In this document: positions 23,654-36,157 of the stretch, piece after piece
Layout: each line of letters opens with the position of its first letter
Numbering within the stretch: the stretch's first letter is position 1
DNA from: Felis catus
Lineage: Eukaryota
DNA length: 64,000 nucleotides
Assembly (NCBI RefSeq): GCF_018350175.1
Contig: NC_058368.1
Coordinates: forward strand, 214,460,001-214,524,000
Reading direction: 5' to 3'
Position numbers and translations under genes: made by a program
Notes under the pieces: model-generated
Told to the model about the DNA's origin: nothing
The model's input: only the letters and a program-made list of their open reading frames with translations
The model's database searches: none

Positions 23654-25727
23654 GTGAGACCCAAATTACTATTTTGAAGGCTAAGTCCATGTTTTTTAGT
23701 GCTTCAGGTGTGGGAGAAATTGGTCTCTAACCTCCCAGTTTTATTCTAATATTCTAAGGTTTATTGATAATGAATCACTTTATGGACTTGCCTGTATAAA
23801 GTTAGTAGCTCAAATTAACGTTTTTGGATAATTTTATTGATAAATTATTTCATTGTTTTTCTTTCAACATTTACATTTTTATTTTTTGCTATTTTCCTAA
23901 AATTAGCTCACTCAAACTGGAGAGAATTATCTATGTAGAAATAGTATTCCCCAGATTTTGGTGATCATAATGCTGAATATCTCAGCTTCTTGTAAGGTTT
24001 TAAAATCTGAGAATTATTTTTTAACCCTTTATTCAATCTTGCATTCATTATTGCTTTAAATCTTTGTTTCCTATACTTATTAACTTATAACTATTTCATT
24101 ATTCATTGAAGTTACAAATTCATTACTGATTTTTTTTCCCTATGGTAAAAATGCATGATCAGTCCACAGCTTCTTTCAGTGGAATATTCATTTTATTTTT
24201 TGGCATAATCATAAATTCTGTTCCTGTTTTCCAAAATGTCGGAAATAAAATCAAACATTTTTGCTTCTGATAATAATGAAAAAAGTCTACATCACATCAT
24301 GATGTGGTATTCACTAGTATGTTTCCTCTTTTCTGTCTGATCTATGGCTAACTCTTAAGTCAAATATCACCCCTCTGAGATCTCTGGACCCTCCAGCAAG
24401 TCATGGAACTCAAATCAGTCCATTTCAGGTGTAGGTGCTCAGAGTTGGGCTCATGTCACCTCTTATTGCCATTTATTTAGTGTTAAACACCTGACATTCT
24501 GATGATGGACTGAAAAAATTCAACCAATATTTCCTTTTAAGTAAGGATGATGAAATATCAGAGACCTCAATACATGGTGCAAAGAACAAAACTCCCATCT
24601 TTCAGGTTTGTACTTGTAAAACGAATGGAATCTCTAATAAAGACAGAGAAAAAAAGGACAGTTTTGCATACACATGCTTCAGGACCAGCCTACACTAATA
24701 AAACACAACTTTGAAAGGAAGAAAAGTAAAGCCTTTCCCAATACTTTAATAGTTTTATTTTAATTATTTCTATTGGCTGATGAGCCAAGTGCTGATGTGC
24801 GCTTGTTCCAGTCTGGCCTCTAAATTATTTCAGAACCAGCATTGGATTGAGCCTCCCTGGGGCTGTGAAACAGCAGGTGGCCCTTCAGCTGCCACCTGGG
24901 CATTTTATGAATGATTCAATTGCTCCCCATAGATTGCTGTTCCTTCTTGCTGAGAGTCAAACTGCCTTGACTGAATGCTCCAGCAGCAAGACTTTTATTG
25001 ATAGAAACATTGTAAACTGACAAGAGTTGGTATTTGATAACCAGGAAGGCTCGTTCCCTAATTTCAGGTATAAGCAGCGGGACTGGTGCTGTGAGTTGGT
25101 AGGGTCTTTGGTAGGATGAGGGATTAGAAGGAAGATGTGAGAGTCAGTCTCTCTAGTAAGCCATTTTATGCCTAGAGATAACTCAAAACATTTAAAAACA
25201 AAAACCTGATAGCTCAAGAATATCTACACCCCCTCCTAATGGAGTAAAATATGTGACTACAAACTAGAGTTTACACAAGCAACCACGCAATTGAAGTGTA
25301 CAGAAGTGTGCAAAAAATGTTTGCAGGAATACTTATTAATTACTCTGTTTATGGAAAAAGCATCTGAAAGGGGAGAAATAATTGAGGAGAGGTCTTGAGG
25401 AGGAGTAAAGATGCATTTTTACTTTATATATTTTTAAAAATGTTCTATTAAAAATGCTAACTTTGTTTTCTAAAAAAATAATTTCCTGAATACAAATCCC
25501 CTCCTTTTTTGGTAAATACCAGCCTAGGTGAGCTTCTCTAGCCTTACTTACAATTTAACTTACCAGCTTTGTGATTACTAATATTTTTTAAAAGGTGCTA
25601 AAATCCTTAGTATATGCTTTAATTGCCCTTTACCATTAGTAGGGCAAGGCAAATTATTGACCAACTGGAGGAAATCATATTTAGGGGACAGCAGAAGGTC
25701 CCCAACTAACCTACCAGTGGCCATTGT

Positions 25728-25765
25728 CATCATCATCATCATTATCATCATCATCAACATCATCA
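25728..25765. repeat. (CAT)n microsatellite
   Basis: Directly visible; source of the poly-M and poly-I ORFs. Confidence 0.9.
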
Positions 25766-26317
25766 AACAGCAGTTTTTAAACAGTCCATCTGAGCATGGC
25801 ATGGCATTCCGCAAGGTTAATGAAACAGAGTGTCAAGGACTGCCGTTTCACTATTCCCATTCACACCAGAGACTACACATCAATAGAACACACACATAGA
25901 AGTATAGACCTACCACTATAAAAACACTGGCTCCAAAATGATTTTGGAGATAATATTGGTCATTACTAAGGGAGGAAAACAAAATGCCACATAGGGCATT
26001 CTTTTACGTTTTGCTTCTTTAAGAAGGACTTTATCAGGAAGTTGTTTGAAAAAAACATTTTGTGATACTATGGTTCTGGTCTATAGAATCTTTGTTAAAT
26101 TTTTCTTTGAAGTACTAACATTATCATAGAATAGTTACTTGCAAATAACAAAAGCATAATAGTTCTTAGTAAATACGTTTTTGCTGCTGACCAGTATAAG
26201 ACATATTCTGGTTATATTTATTAGAATATTTCTTTTTGTTGGCTTAGGATGAATACTCTTTTTCTTCACTGAATTTTCTATAATTGAGATTAAGAAACAT
26301 CAAAGAATATACATTTT

Positions 26318-26985
26318 TTAAAAAACATAATTTATTGTTAAATTGTCTTCCATACAACACCCAGTGCTCATCCCAACAAATGCCCTCCTCAGTGCCCGTC
26401 ACCCACTTTCCTCTCTCTCTCACCTCCCCATCAACCCTCAGTTTGCTCTTTGTATTTAAGAGTCTCTTATGATTTGCCTCCCTCCCTCTCTGTTTGTAAC
26501 TTTTTTCTTCCTTTCCTACCCCCATGGCCTTCTGTTAAGTTTCTCAAGATCCACATGTGAGTAAAAACATGTGGTATCTGTCTTTCTCTGCCTGACTTAT
26601 TTCACTTAGCATAATACCCTCCAGTTCCATCCATGTTGCTGCAAATGACAGGATTTCATTCTTTCTCATTGCCAAGTAATATTCCATTGTATATATAAAC
26701 CACATCTTTTTTGTCCCTTCATCAGTTGATGAACATTTAGGCTCTTGCCATAATTTGGCTATTATTGAAAGCACTGCTATAAACATTGGGGTCCATGTGC
26801 CACTATGCATCAGCACTTCTGTGTCCATTGGGTAAATTCCTAGCAGTGCTATTGCTGGGTCATAGGGTAGTTCTATTTTTAATTTTTTGAGGAACCTCCA
26901 CACTGTTTTCCAGAGTGGCTGCACCAGTTTGCATTCCCACCAGCAGTGCAAGAGAGTTTCCGTTTCTCCACATCCTCGCCAGCAT
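26318..26985 (-). mobile_element. 5'-truncated felid/carnivore LINE-1 (ORF2 C-terminus + 3'UTR)
   Basis: ORF 26544-26951 translates [40 protein letters not shown] (L1 ORF2p cysteine-rich C-terminus); degenerate TSD 26303-26317 / 26986-27000. Confidence 0.97.
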
Positions 26986-27384
26986 AAAAATACACGTTTT
27001 TATTTCTGTTGTTGATCCCAACAATTATTTTTATTTCTTATAATTGGCTTAAAAGTTGATTTTGTCTTCATACTTTACAAGAAAACACAAAAGTGAATTT
27101 GAAATTTGATACTGTAAGACTCCATAAAAAGCATCTTTTTGGTTATTGGTGCTCATAGCTCCAACAAAATCTCCTTGAAAATTATGTAAATTTATCCTTC
27201 TGAAAATTACAACTGTTATTTCTTTTTTATTAAGCTCCTTTTTGAGAGCTTAGGGAGGAATCATGTAAGTCTTTCTTACTTAGATGTTTAAGAAGGCCAG
27301 GTAGAAATTGAGTCATGTTTGTGAGAGCTTGTTAACACATACAATAGAGAAGCAGCTTAGGATTTCAGAATCACTTTAAAAAAA

Positions 27385-28088
27385 AATTTATTTTATTTTT
27401 TTAGAGGAGTTTTTGGTTCTTATCAAAATTGAGAGGAAGGCACAGAGATTTCTCAAATATTCCCTATCCTCACATATGCATAGCTTCTCCCATTACTAAC
27501 ATCCCACTGGAACAGTACATTTGTTGCAATTGATGAACTTATGTTGACACATCATTATCACCCAAAGTCCACAATTTACTTCAGAGTTCATTCTTGGTGT
27601 TGTACATTGTATGGATTTGGACAAATGTATAATGACATATTTCTACCATTATATTCTCAGACCAAATGTTTCCATTGCCCGAAAAGTCCTCTGTGCTCCA
27701 CCTGTACATCCCTCTCCCCACTAACTACTGGCAACCACTGATTTTTTATTGCCTTCATAATTTTGCCTTTTCCAGAATGTCATATAGTTGGAATCCTACA
27801 GTATGTAGTCTTTGAAGATTTACTTTTTCACTTAGTGACATACTTTTAAGTTGCCTCCATGTATTTTCATGAGTTGTCATATAGCTCACTTCCTTTTAGT
27901 GCTGAATAATATTCCATTGTTTGCATGTGCCACACTTTATTTACCTATTCATTTTCTGAAAGATGTCTTGGTTGGTTGCTTTCAAGTTTTGGAAATTATG
28001 AGTAAACCTGCTATAAACATCTGTGTGTAGGTTTTTTTGTGGTCCCCAAATGGGGGACCAACTCCTTTGGGTAAATACCAAGGAACAC
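27385..28088 (-). mobile_element. Old L1M 3' end (L1MC1-like)
   Basis: AAAATTGAGAGGAAGGCACAGAGATTTC...CATCATTATCACCCAAAGTCCA...CTGGCAACCACTGAT...AATATTCCATTGT. Confidence 0.85.
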
Positions 28089-29214
28089 TCACTATCATTT
28101 TCGAAAAGGAAGCCAGGGACTCAAATTGTGGTGCTTTCTGTGGATTACTGTGTTATTCAAAGATCCTAGTAGATGATGCTACTAGCTGTGCTGTATCCAC
28201 ATTAAGCCTTTTTCTCATTTGGATGGCATTTTGTTTAGCAGAAGGACTAATAGAAACAAAGATTTCAAGGACTTTATTCCATGAGCAGACTGTAATTACT
28301 AAGAACAGGGGTATTTCAAAATTCTTAATTCAAGCTAATATTATGGGTTCAGAATATAGGTTTGTCGATGATTATGTGATATTAATCCATTTCACAAAAA
28401 CACTTCCGTTGAAAGTATTATTGAACAGTAGCTTCGGTTGTCATAGGAAATCACTGACTTTCTAAGGGGAATTCCTGAATTTGTGGCAGGCTGCATTAGA
28501 CATGATTATATTGTATGGATCCGTTTTTTTTAAATTAAAATAAAGTGAAATACATTGTGCAGTAAGCTCAGATTGGTTATATACATATTCCTTACCTTAG
28601 ATAAGGATGCAACAAAGAACAATAGCAACTCTTGTTCTGCTATACTTCAAACTCTTGGCAAACCTCTTATGACTTAATATGCTATGGGAATCATTGTAAA
28701 GATCCTGAGTCAGTCATCTAGAAATGCTCCCACACAAAGACTCACAAGAGATTACAGATCATTTTTCAGACTAGGGACAGTCAAATGGACTTAGGCCTGA
28801 ATAAAATGTAGTTATATAAGGAATCTAAAAGCAGTAAAAATTTTCCATTAACTATACAGAAGAGAAAACCATTACCATTCTGCCATTTCAGCAGTGTGAT
28901 ATAAAACAATGCTCTGATAAAAGATGAAAACAAATCTATAAATCCAGTCTGTGCTTGAGGAGGATGCGACCATAGTGGCATTAAATGTGACTTCAAATCA
29001 CATGCAGACAACCTAAAGACCTTCCCAGTGAGGGTCAACCTCAATATGATTGTGTAACTTAGAAACTTAGCCCCACAACAAAATTTGCCCTCATTTCCTT
29101 GAGAGGTTTTATTAACTTCACTCATAAATCTCATTGAATATCTAGGCAGCAGCAATAACATCCAGGATTTTTACTAGTCCATCAGCAATGGTGGAATATC
29201 ACAAAGTTGAAACA

Positions 29215-29560
29215 AAATGTATCTATTTAGCATCTATTTTGTGCCCCAGATTGTGCTAGGCACTTGGGAAAAAAAAAATCAAAGCTATAAAAAAAAAAAA
29301 GGAAGAACAAATTAAATTATTTTAGAGATGACATTTGCTTGCACGACAGAAATAGTGAACCACATAAGACAGTTCATAGTTAAATTTAGTTTTCTGAACA
29401 GAATATGAAGTGTTAAATAACTCACAAGAAGGAACTGCAGCATGAGCTGTAGTACCCAGGCTTTATGAATAAAATGGGTCTTGGGCTATGCATCAAAAAG
29501 TGTTTCTTAGAATGGTATTAAGGAGAGAAGTTTGATTTATGGTGGTTGGATTAGCTATAT
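29215..29560 (-). mobile_element. L2 fragment
   Basis: TATTTAGCATCTATTTTGTGCCCCAGATTGTGCTAGGCACTTGGG. Confidence 0.55.
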
Positions 29561-29669
29561 GTGCAAATATGAATGAAACATGGCTGTGTAAATGTCAACA
29601 AAGGGAACCAAAAAGAAAAAAAAAACGCTACAAAGACACCCCTAAAAAAAGGTAGATACGGTACCGGGC

Positions 29670-30155
29670 ACTTTAAAATCTGTTACGAGGATAGATCTCA
29701 TGAGAACACATGTTAAGTGTTCTTAAAAGCAAAATAAAACGGGGCGCCTGGGTGGCGCAGTCGGTTGGGCGTCCGACTTCAGCCAGGTCACGATCTCGCG
29801 GTCCGTGAGTTCGAGCCCCGCATCAGGCTCTGGGCTGATGGCTCAGAGCCTGGAGCTTGTTTCCGATTCTGTGTCTCCCTCTCTCTCTGCCCCTCCCCCG
29901 TTCATGCTCTGTCTCTCTCTGTCCCAAAAATAAATAAACGTTGAAAAAAAAATTTAAAAAAAATTAAAAAAACAAAAAGCAAAACAAAACAACAAAACAA
30001 AACCTACAAAAAGAACAGAAGGGAATTTTTGGAGGTGATGTATATATGTTTAGACCCCTGGTTAGGGTGTATGCATATGTCCAAACTCATCAAGATGTAT
30101 GCATTAAATGTGTGCATTTAAAAAATTTATCAATTACACCTCAAAGCTGAAAAAG
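29670..30155 (+). mobile_element. Old L1M 3'UTR (L1MA10/L1MB-like), split by a SINE
   Basis: ATAGATCTCATG...TTAAGTGTTCTTA; TTTTGGAGGTGATG...CATATGTCCAAACTCATCAA...TCAATTACACCTCAAAGCTG. Confidence 0.8.
29741..29974 (+). mobile_element. Young felid SINEC_Fc-type Can-SINE
   Basis: GGGGCGCCTGGGTGGCGCAGTCGG A box, GTTCGAGCC B box, many intact CpGs; TSD AAAAGCAAAATAAAAC (29725-29740) / AAAAGCAAAACAAAAC (29975-29990). Confidence 0.98.
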
Positions 30156-30301
30156 GGGAAATAAGAGTAGTTGACATGAGGAAATTAGAGTAGTTGCAGC
30201 TCATAAAAATGATAGAAGCCCATAGTCAAGGGTAAGGCTTGTAATATTAGCAGAGAGACTGAGTGGGATACTTATTATGTGTAAAAAAATTGGTGCCTTT
30301 A

Positions 30302-30493
30302 GGGGTGCCTGGGTAGCTCAGCTGGTTAAGCTTCCAACTTCAGTTCAGGTCATGATCTCATGGTTCTTGGATTCCAGCCTTGCATTGGGCTCCATGCTGA
30401 CGATGCGGAGCCTGCCTGGGATTCTCTGTCTCCCCTCTCTCTCTGCTTCTCCCTCACTTGTGCTTTCTTTCTCAAAAATAAATAAATAAACTT
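30302..30493 (+). mobile_element. Can-SINE, older copy
   Basis: GGGGTGCCTGGGTAGCTCAG head, CT region, AATAAATAAA tail; degenerate TSD AAAAAATTGGTGCCTTT / AAATAGTTGGTACTTT. Confidence 0.95.
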
Positions 30494-30719
30494 AAAATAG
30501 TTGGTACTTTCATAAACTTTTGCCAGTGTGTTTGATATGAAAGAATAATTTGAAGAAGAATATATTTAAAATTTTGCATCAGGATCAATATCCATAGGTA
30601 TTGGTAGATGGATTCTTGTATGTAAAGCATGAAAGATGATATTTTAAAATAATTTAAAATCCTATCAAGTGATTAACATGTGAAGCAAAATACTACATCG
30701 GAGTTCAAATCCTGAAACT

Positions 30720-31230
30720 ATTTGTCATAAACTAGCAGAGGTGCTGTCTCTTCTACCTAAGGTCAGTCCCTCCACTTCCCACAGGAAACTTAAACTACCC
30801 ACCACACCCTTCTCTTTCTCTTATCTTTAACCTCTTGTGTTTACTACGTCTTTTCCAACAGCTGTTAGATGTATTTAAGGTCCTCTCATATTTAAAATAA
30901 TAAACTGACCTTAAATACAAATACATACCTCTTTCTAGCTAAATTGCAATTATTTGTCAGACATCATCTTAAACATTACCTGCTTGTAAAATAGTTTTTT
31001 TACTGTCTAAATGTAATCAGTCTATAGCTATGTAAAACTTTTTCTTTATCCGTTGAAGCACTCAGCATAAATATTGTTGATTGGCAATTTGTGAAATAAT
31101 TTGCTCATGGAATGCTTCTTCTCCTGGGCTGTAACCACTCATCTGCTGTTTATGGCTACAACACTGAAATCTCAGTGCCTAGAACAGTGCCTGGCACACA
31201 GTAGCCCTCTATTGATTTTTGTTGCATAAG
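30720..31230 (+). mobile_element. L2 3' fragment
   Basis: Tail ATCTCAGTGCCTAGAACAGTGCCTGGCACACAGTAG. Confidence 0.65.
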
Positions 31231-33354
31231 GGAATAGCGACAGGGCCCAGTTTTCCTAACATGAGAAATTACTACATGTAACTCTGGACCTTTAAGGCGC
31301 ACCTGGTGGACAGAATACTTAGACATTTTATACATGTCTTCAAACCTTAACTCCCTTATCTTTTCTCTTGTTTTGCTTCTGTTTGCTTCTGGATTTTGTA
31401 TGTCCAGTTTGAAGAAAAAGAATGGTGGATAAATTTTGATAAATAAGATAAGAGAAATAAAAATAAGAATGTGAAAAAAAAAAAAAAGAATGATGGAGAA
31501 TGTGCCAGAATTCTGATTCAACTTTTCTCCAACATAAACTGTGAGGGGCAGTTCCTAATGACCTAACCTGGTTGTCTGCACATATGTTTGCAGCTCTTTC
31601 AACTTATATTAGTCCAGTCCTGTGACTGAACATAAGCATGAAAAATATAACTTGAGTGATCAATACTCTAAGAGCATTTATTTAGATCCCTATATGATTG
31701 CGTCTGAACTAGATCTATATAGTAGAATAATCTAATTGGGGAATAATTAATTTAGTCATTTTGGCTTTTCCATCATCATCCTGTTGTACTATGGTTGGTT
31801 GTAGGCCAAAGACTCTCCAGAATGTATGACTTGATTCTCTCACAGACAATTTACTCACATCAGTTAGACATAGAAAGACACCAGACAAATATTTAAGTGA
31901 ACATGGGCTACATTATAAATAAAGGAGAAAATCTGTTGAAATTTCCCAGCCTCCATTTCTAGGCAACAATCCTGCAATCACTGGGGTAGCTAGAATGGAT
32001 TTGTTGACTCTCTTTTTAAGGGGTGCTATAATGTACAGTTAAAATAGAAAGTAAGCTTCAGTGCAATTAAGATATTTAGTTTCATCAGCTTTATGTGGAA
32101 ATTTAAAATAATTTTTAATTTTTGCTGATAGTTACAAAACAAAAATTTAGAATTTTATCTCAGTGATGGAGAGGATGCTCAGATTACTGAAGATAAAAAC
32201 ACACAATTATAGTCACCATAGTCATTCTTTCATAGTTTATGCCCACACAAAAGATAAAATAGAGCTTGAATTCTACACAAATGAAAATAGTAGTTGGACT
32301 ACTTAATATGGTCATTTAAATTAAGAAAAGTAAGTTTGATATAGTCATTTGCAAATACATCTCTGTACATTATTTCTGATGTCTTCTGATGTATGCTGTC
32401 TAATTACAGAAGTGGAGTGACTTTTTCTATATGGTTGTGTGCTGCAGATTAGCATGAAACAGAAAATACTTGTTTGACCTTAAATGCCTTTTAAAACCCC
32501 CACCTCAAATTCCTGTGTAAATTCATTGCTTTCCGTGGATTATGCAGAGGCAATATGATGATCTCATTTGTTTTCCAAAAAGTTTAAAAATGATCTGCTG
32601 TAAACTGTGGTATATTTGCTTTCCCTGCTTGATCACAGGCTGGTTTTTTTTGTTGTTGTTGTTGTTTGTTTGTTTGTTTTTTAGTTAAACCAAAATTGCC
32701 TAGTTTATCAATGGAATTAGGGTTTGTTCCCTACCCTATTGGGATTACCAAAGGTGCTTTTGAGACTATACTGCCCCTACAAATTAAAAGTAAATGATAA
32801 AAATATATGAGAAGTTCCTCCCTTTTTTAAAAAAGTTACTATCAATGAGATACCTAGTCACTCAAAGCATTTGAAATATTTTCATCTGGAGATAAAAATT
32901 AATGTAAAACATGATATTAAAACTCGTTTTCTGGCCTAAGAATGTGGACTATTCAATTTGTGGAGCAATACTCCTTCTGTGCATAAAAGCATGCACAGTA
33001 CTTAGGAGCATGAGAAAGATGGCGATTTTATACCTATACGATTTGACTTTCACAAATAGAAAAGCAATGCATATAAAATGATTAATATGGGATGATGTGT
33101 GTTAAAACATCAAAAAGAGAGTACAGATAGTGAATACCATAATAGTTCCAAACAGAAAAAGAATCAGGTGGAGACTTCCAAGAAACTTCATTGAAATTGA
33201 AGGTCTTGGGCTGGGCTGTGAAGAATGAACAAGATTTGGGTAGACAAAAGAGAGATTGGTTGAATACTCCAGGCTATAACCCAGCGTAAGCAAAAGCATA
33301 AAGGCTAGAAAATACATGGGAAACAGTAGAAACACACAGTAAAAGAAGAGGCTA

Positions 33355-33560
33355 GGAACACTTGATTTCAAAATATAGTCCTATCATTTATAATTACACA
33401 TTTATAATGTGTAGCCTTACACAAGTTAATTAATTTGTTAAGTCTCAGATTCCTCATATGCAAGTTGGGATTATAAACCCACTGTTACATGTATGGTCAG
33501 AAGCAATGTTTATGAACAAGTTTTTCAAAATGTAGTACTGAACAAATTTTGATTGCTCCA
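33355..33560 (+). mobile_element. MIR fragment
   Basis: TGTGTAGCCTTACACAAGTTAATTAA...AAGTCTCAGATTCCTCATATGCAAGTTGGGATTATAA core. Confidence 0.75.
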
Positions 33561-33811
33561 TTTTATTTATTTGAAAGAGAGAGAAGATTTATAATGAAAG
33601 ATGGAGTACATTTAAGTTAGATTTAGAAGAATTAAATGGCACACAAGAGGCATTGAAACTTTATCTTATAGGCAATAGATAGATTTTTGAAACAAATGCA
33701 CCTGGTGATTATATGCAGGATTTATTAGTAATGTATGAGGTTGAGTCAGAAAGACTGGAAGAAAGGTTCATTTGATAAAGCCCAAATTAGGGTGCTTATA
33801 GTTGCCTTTTT

Positions 33812-33884
33812 TTAATATAAAATTTATTGTCAAATTGGTTTTCATACAACACCTAGTGCTCATCCCAACAGGTGCCCTCCTCAA
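33812..33884 (-). mobile_element. 73-bp extremely 5'-truncated felid L1
   Basis: AATTTATTGTCAAATTGG...CATACAACACCTAGTGCTCATCCCAACA matches the 3' end of the L1 at 26318; perfect TSD TATAGTTGCCTTTTT (33797-33811 / 33885-33899). Confidence 0.95.
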
Positions 33885-34019
33885 TATAGTTGCCTTTTTG
33901 AGAATTGATGAAAGCAGGAAAAAGGAAGATAGTTTTGTAAAGTGAATATTAGTAATTTGTAGGTCTGATCAATGTCTTTTGCAATGATACCTCAATCAGG
34001 ATAAAGTTTCATATGAGTC

Positions 34020-34388
34020 ATTCCATAATTCAGGATATTGAGTGAAGTCCTTAATTGCAAACAAAAAATAAAGACAGACTCAATTTAGATGGAAGAAATA
34101 TAGGAAGGACATAAGGTAACTCATAGATTGTCTGAGGAATTCAGAAACCTTAGCTACAGAGGCTTTTTATGCAGACGTTATGCCTCCAGTTGTACCCTAG
34201 ACCCTTTCTAGCAGAGACACAACTGATACCATGGCTGGACACAAGACATAATGCTAGAATCTTGATACTGCTGCCTCTGGAAACAAGATGTACTTGGCTC
34301 GTTCTCCTCAGATACTATTGCTCAGAGTCCCTCATTCTTTGTGTCACCAGGTTATCCATGAGCTCAAATCACATGCAGGAGAGTCTGG
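34020..34388 (-). mobile_element. Old MaLR LTR (MLT1L/M-like), first part; resumes at ~35690-35766 and ~36158-36190
   Basis: TTAATTGCAAACAA...AGACTC...GGAAGGACATAAGGTAACTCATAGA; downstream AAATTCCCCAAAT...AGTGCT and AGATACTGAAAAGCCAAAA. Confidence 0.55.
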
Positions 34389-35685
34389 ATATCCAATGGA
34401 GAAAAGACCGTCTCTTCAACAAATGGTGTTGGGAAAACTGGATAGTGACATGCAGAAGAATGAAACTAAACCACTTTCTTACACCATACACAAAAATAAA
34501 ATCAAAATGGATGGAAGACCTAAATGTGAGACAGGAAACCATCAAAATCCTACAGGAGTAAAAAGGCAGCAACCCCTTTAACCTCAGCCACAGCAACTTC
34601 TTACTTGACATGTCTCCGGAGGCAAGGGAAATATAAGCAAAAATGAACTATTGGGACGTCATCAAGATAAAAAGCTTCTGCACAGCAAAGGAAATGATCA
34701 ACAAAACTAAAAGGCAACCTATAGAATGGAAGAAGATATTTGCAAATGACATATCAGGTAAAAGGTTAGTATTCAAAATCTATAAAGATCTTACCAAACT
34801 CAACACCCAAAAACCAAATAATCCAATTAAGAAATGGGCAGAAGACATGAATGGGCATTTTTCCAAAGAAGATGTCCAGATGGCTAACAGGCACATGAGA
34901 AGATGCTCAACATCACTCATCATCAGGGAAATACAAATCAAAACCACAATGAGGTACTACCCGACATCTGTCAGAAGGGCTAAAATTAACAATACAAGAG
35001 ACAACAGATGTTGGCAAGAATGTGGAGAAAGGGGAACCCTCTTGCACTGTTGGTGGGAATGCAAACTGGTGCAGCCACTCTGGAAAACAGTATGGAGATT
35101 CCTCAAAAAGTTAAAAATAGAACCTCCCTATGATCCAGCAATTGCTCTACTAGGTATTTACCCAAAGGATACAAAAATACTGATTTGAAGGGACACATGC
35201 ACCCTGAAGACCATAGCCAAGCTATGGCAACAGCCCAAAAAAGTGTATATACACACATATACAATGGAATATTATTCAGCCATCAAAAAAGAATTAAGTC
35301 TTGCCATTTTCAGTGATGTGAATGGAGCTAGAGTGTATTATGCTAAATAGACTCTCAGAGAAAGACAAATACCATATGATTTCACTTGCGTGGACTTTAA
35401 GAAACAAAACGGATGAACATAGGGGAAGGAAAGGAAAAATAAGCTAAAAATAGGGAGGCAAATCATAAGAGACTCTTAAATACAGAGAACAGACTGGGGG
35501 GGTTGCTGAAGGGGTGGTGGTGGGGGGGATGGGTTGGATGGGTGATGGTGATGGCCGGTGCGGAGGGCAGTTTTGGGGATGAGTGCTTCATGTTATATGT
35601 AGGAGATGGGTCACTGGGTTCTACTCCTGAAGCCATGACAACATTGTATGTTAACTAACTTGAATTTAAATATAAATAAATGAAG
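34389..35685 (+). mobile_element. 5'-truncated felid/carnivore LINE-1 (3' part of ORF2 + 3'UTR)
   Basis: One frame reads [17 protein letters not shown]...[17 protein letters not shown]...[14 protein letters not shown], with stops at 34559, 34634 and 35186; G-rich 3'UTR and AATAAA tail. Confidence 0.97.
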
Positions 35686-35766
35686 AAACAAACCTGAGAA
35701 TTTGACTTCAGTGGCAGTAGGAAAAGATTCATTACGTAGGAAATTCCCCAAATACACAAAAAGTGC

Positions 35767-36157
35767 TGTTATGGACTGAATTGTGTCCCCTCAAAATTCA
35801 TATGTTTAAGTTCTGAACTCCAGTACCTCAGAATGTGGCAATATTGGAAGAAAGAACCTTTAAAGAGGCAATTAAGGTTAAATGAAGTCATTGGGAATGG
35901 ACCCTAATCCAATTTGACTGGTGTCTTTATAAAAAGAGATCAGGACACACACATGCAGGGAGAGAAGACCATGTGAAGACACAAGGAAAACATGGCCATG
36001 TTGAGAAGGCTGAGAAAGAAGCCTCAAAAGAAATCAACACCACTGACACCTTAATATAGGATTTCTAGCCTCCACAATTTTGAGAAAATAAATTTCCATT
36101 GTTTAAGCCACCCAGTCTGAGGAACTTCGTAATGACATCCCTAAGCAAACTAATACA
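35767..36157 (+). mobile_element. MLT1B-like MaLR solo LTR
   Basis: TGTTATGGACTGAATTGTGTCCCCTCAAAATTCATATG...ACCTCAGAATGTG...CCCTAATCCAAT...GCAAACTAATACA. Confidence 0.92.

Noticed and set aside
24773..24788. Canonical NFI site
   Set aside because: The spacer is 6 nt rather than the 5 nt of TTGGC(N5)GCCAA; kept only as a palindrome
25578..25899. poly-Met and poly-Ile ORFs
   Set aside because: Translations of (CAT)n
26940..26985. Shared L1 truncation hotspot with the junction at 43690
   Set aside because: The breakpoints are ~35-40 nt apart in ORF2, and two events cannot be distinguished from coincidence
28037..29161. 142-aa and 126-aa ORFs
   Set aside because: No recognisable protein motif; the first starts inside an old L1; lengths are within chance expectation for 64 kb in six frames
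29741..29830. tRNA gene or CpG island
   Set aside because: It is the tRNA-derived head of a young SINE; the CpGs simply have not decayed yet
34169..34561. Apparent chimeric LTR-L1 ORF2 fusion ORF
   Set aside because: Chance in-frame read-through into a truncated L1 that ends at a premature stop; no evidence of expression
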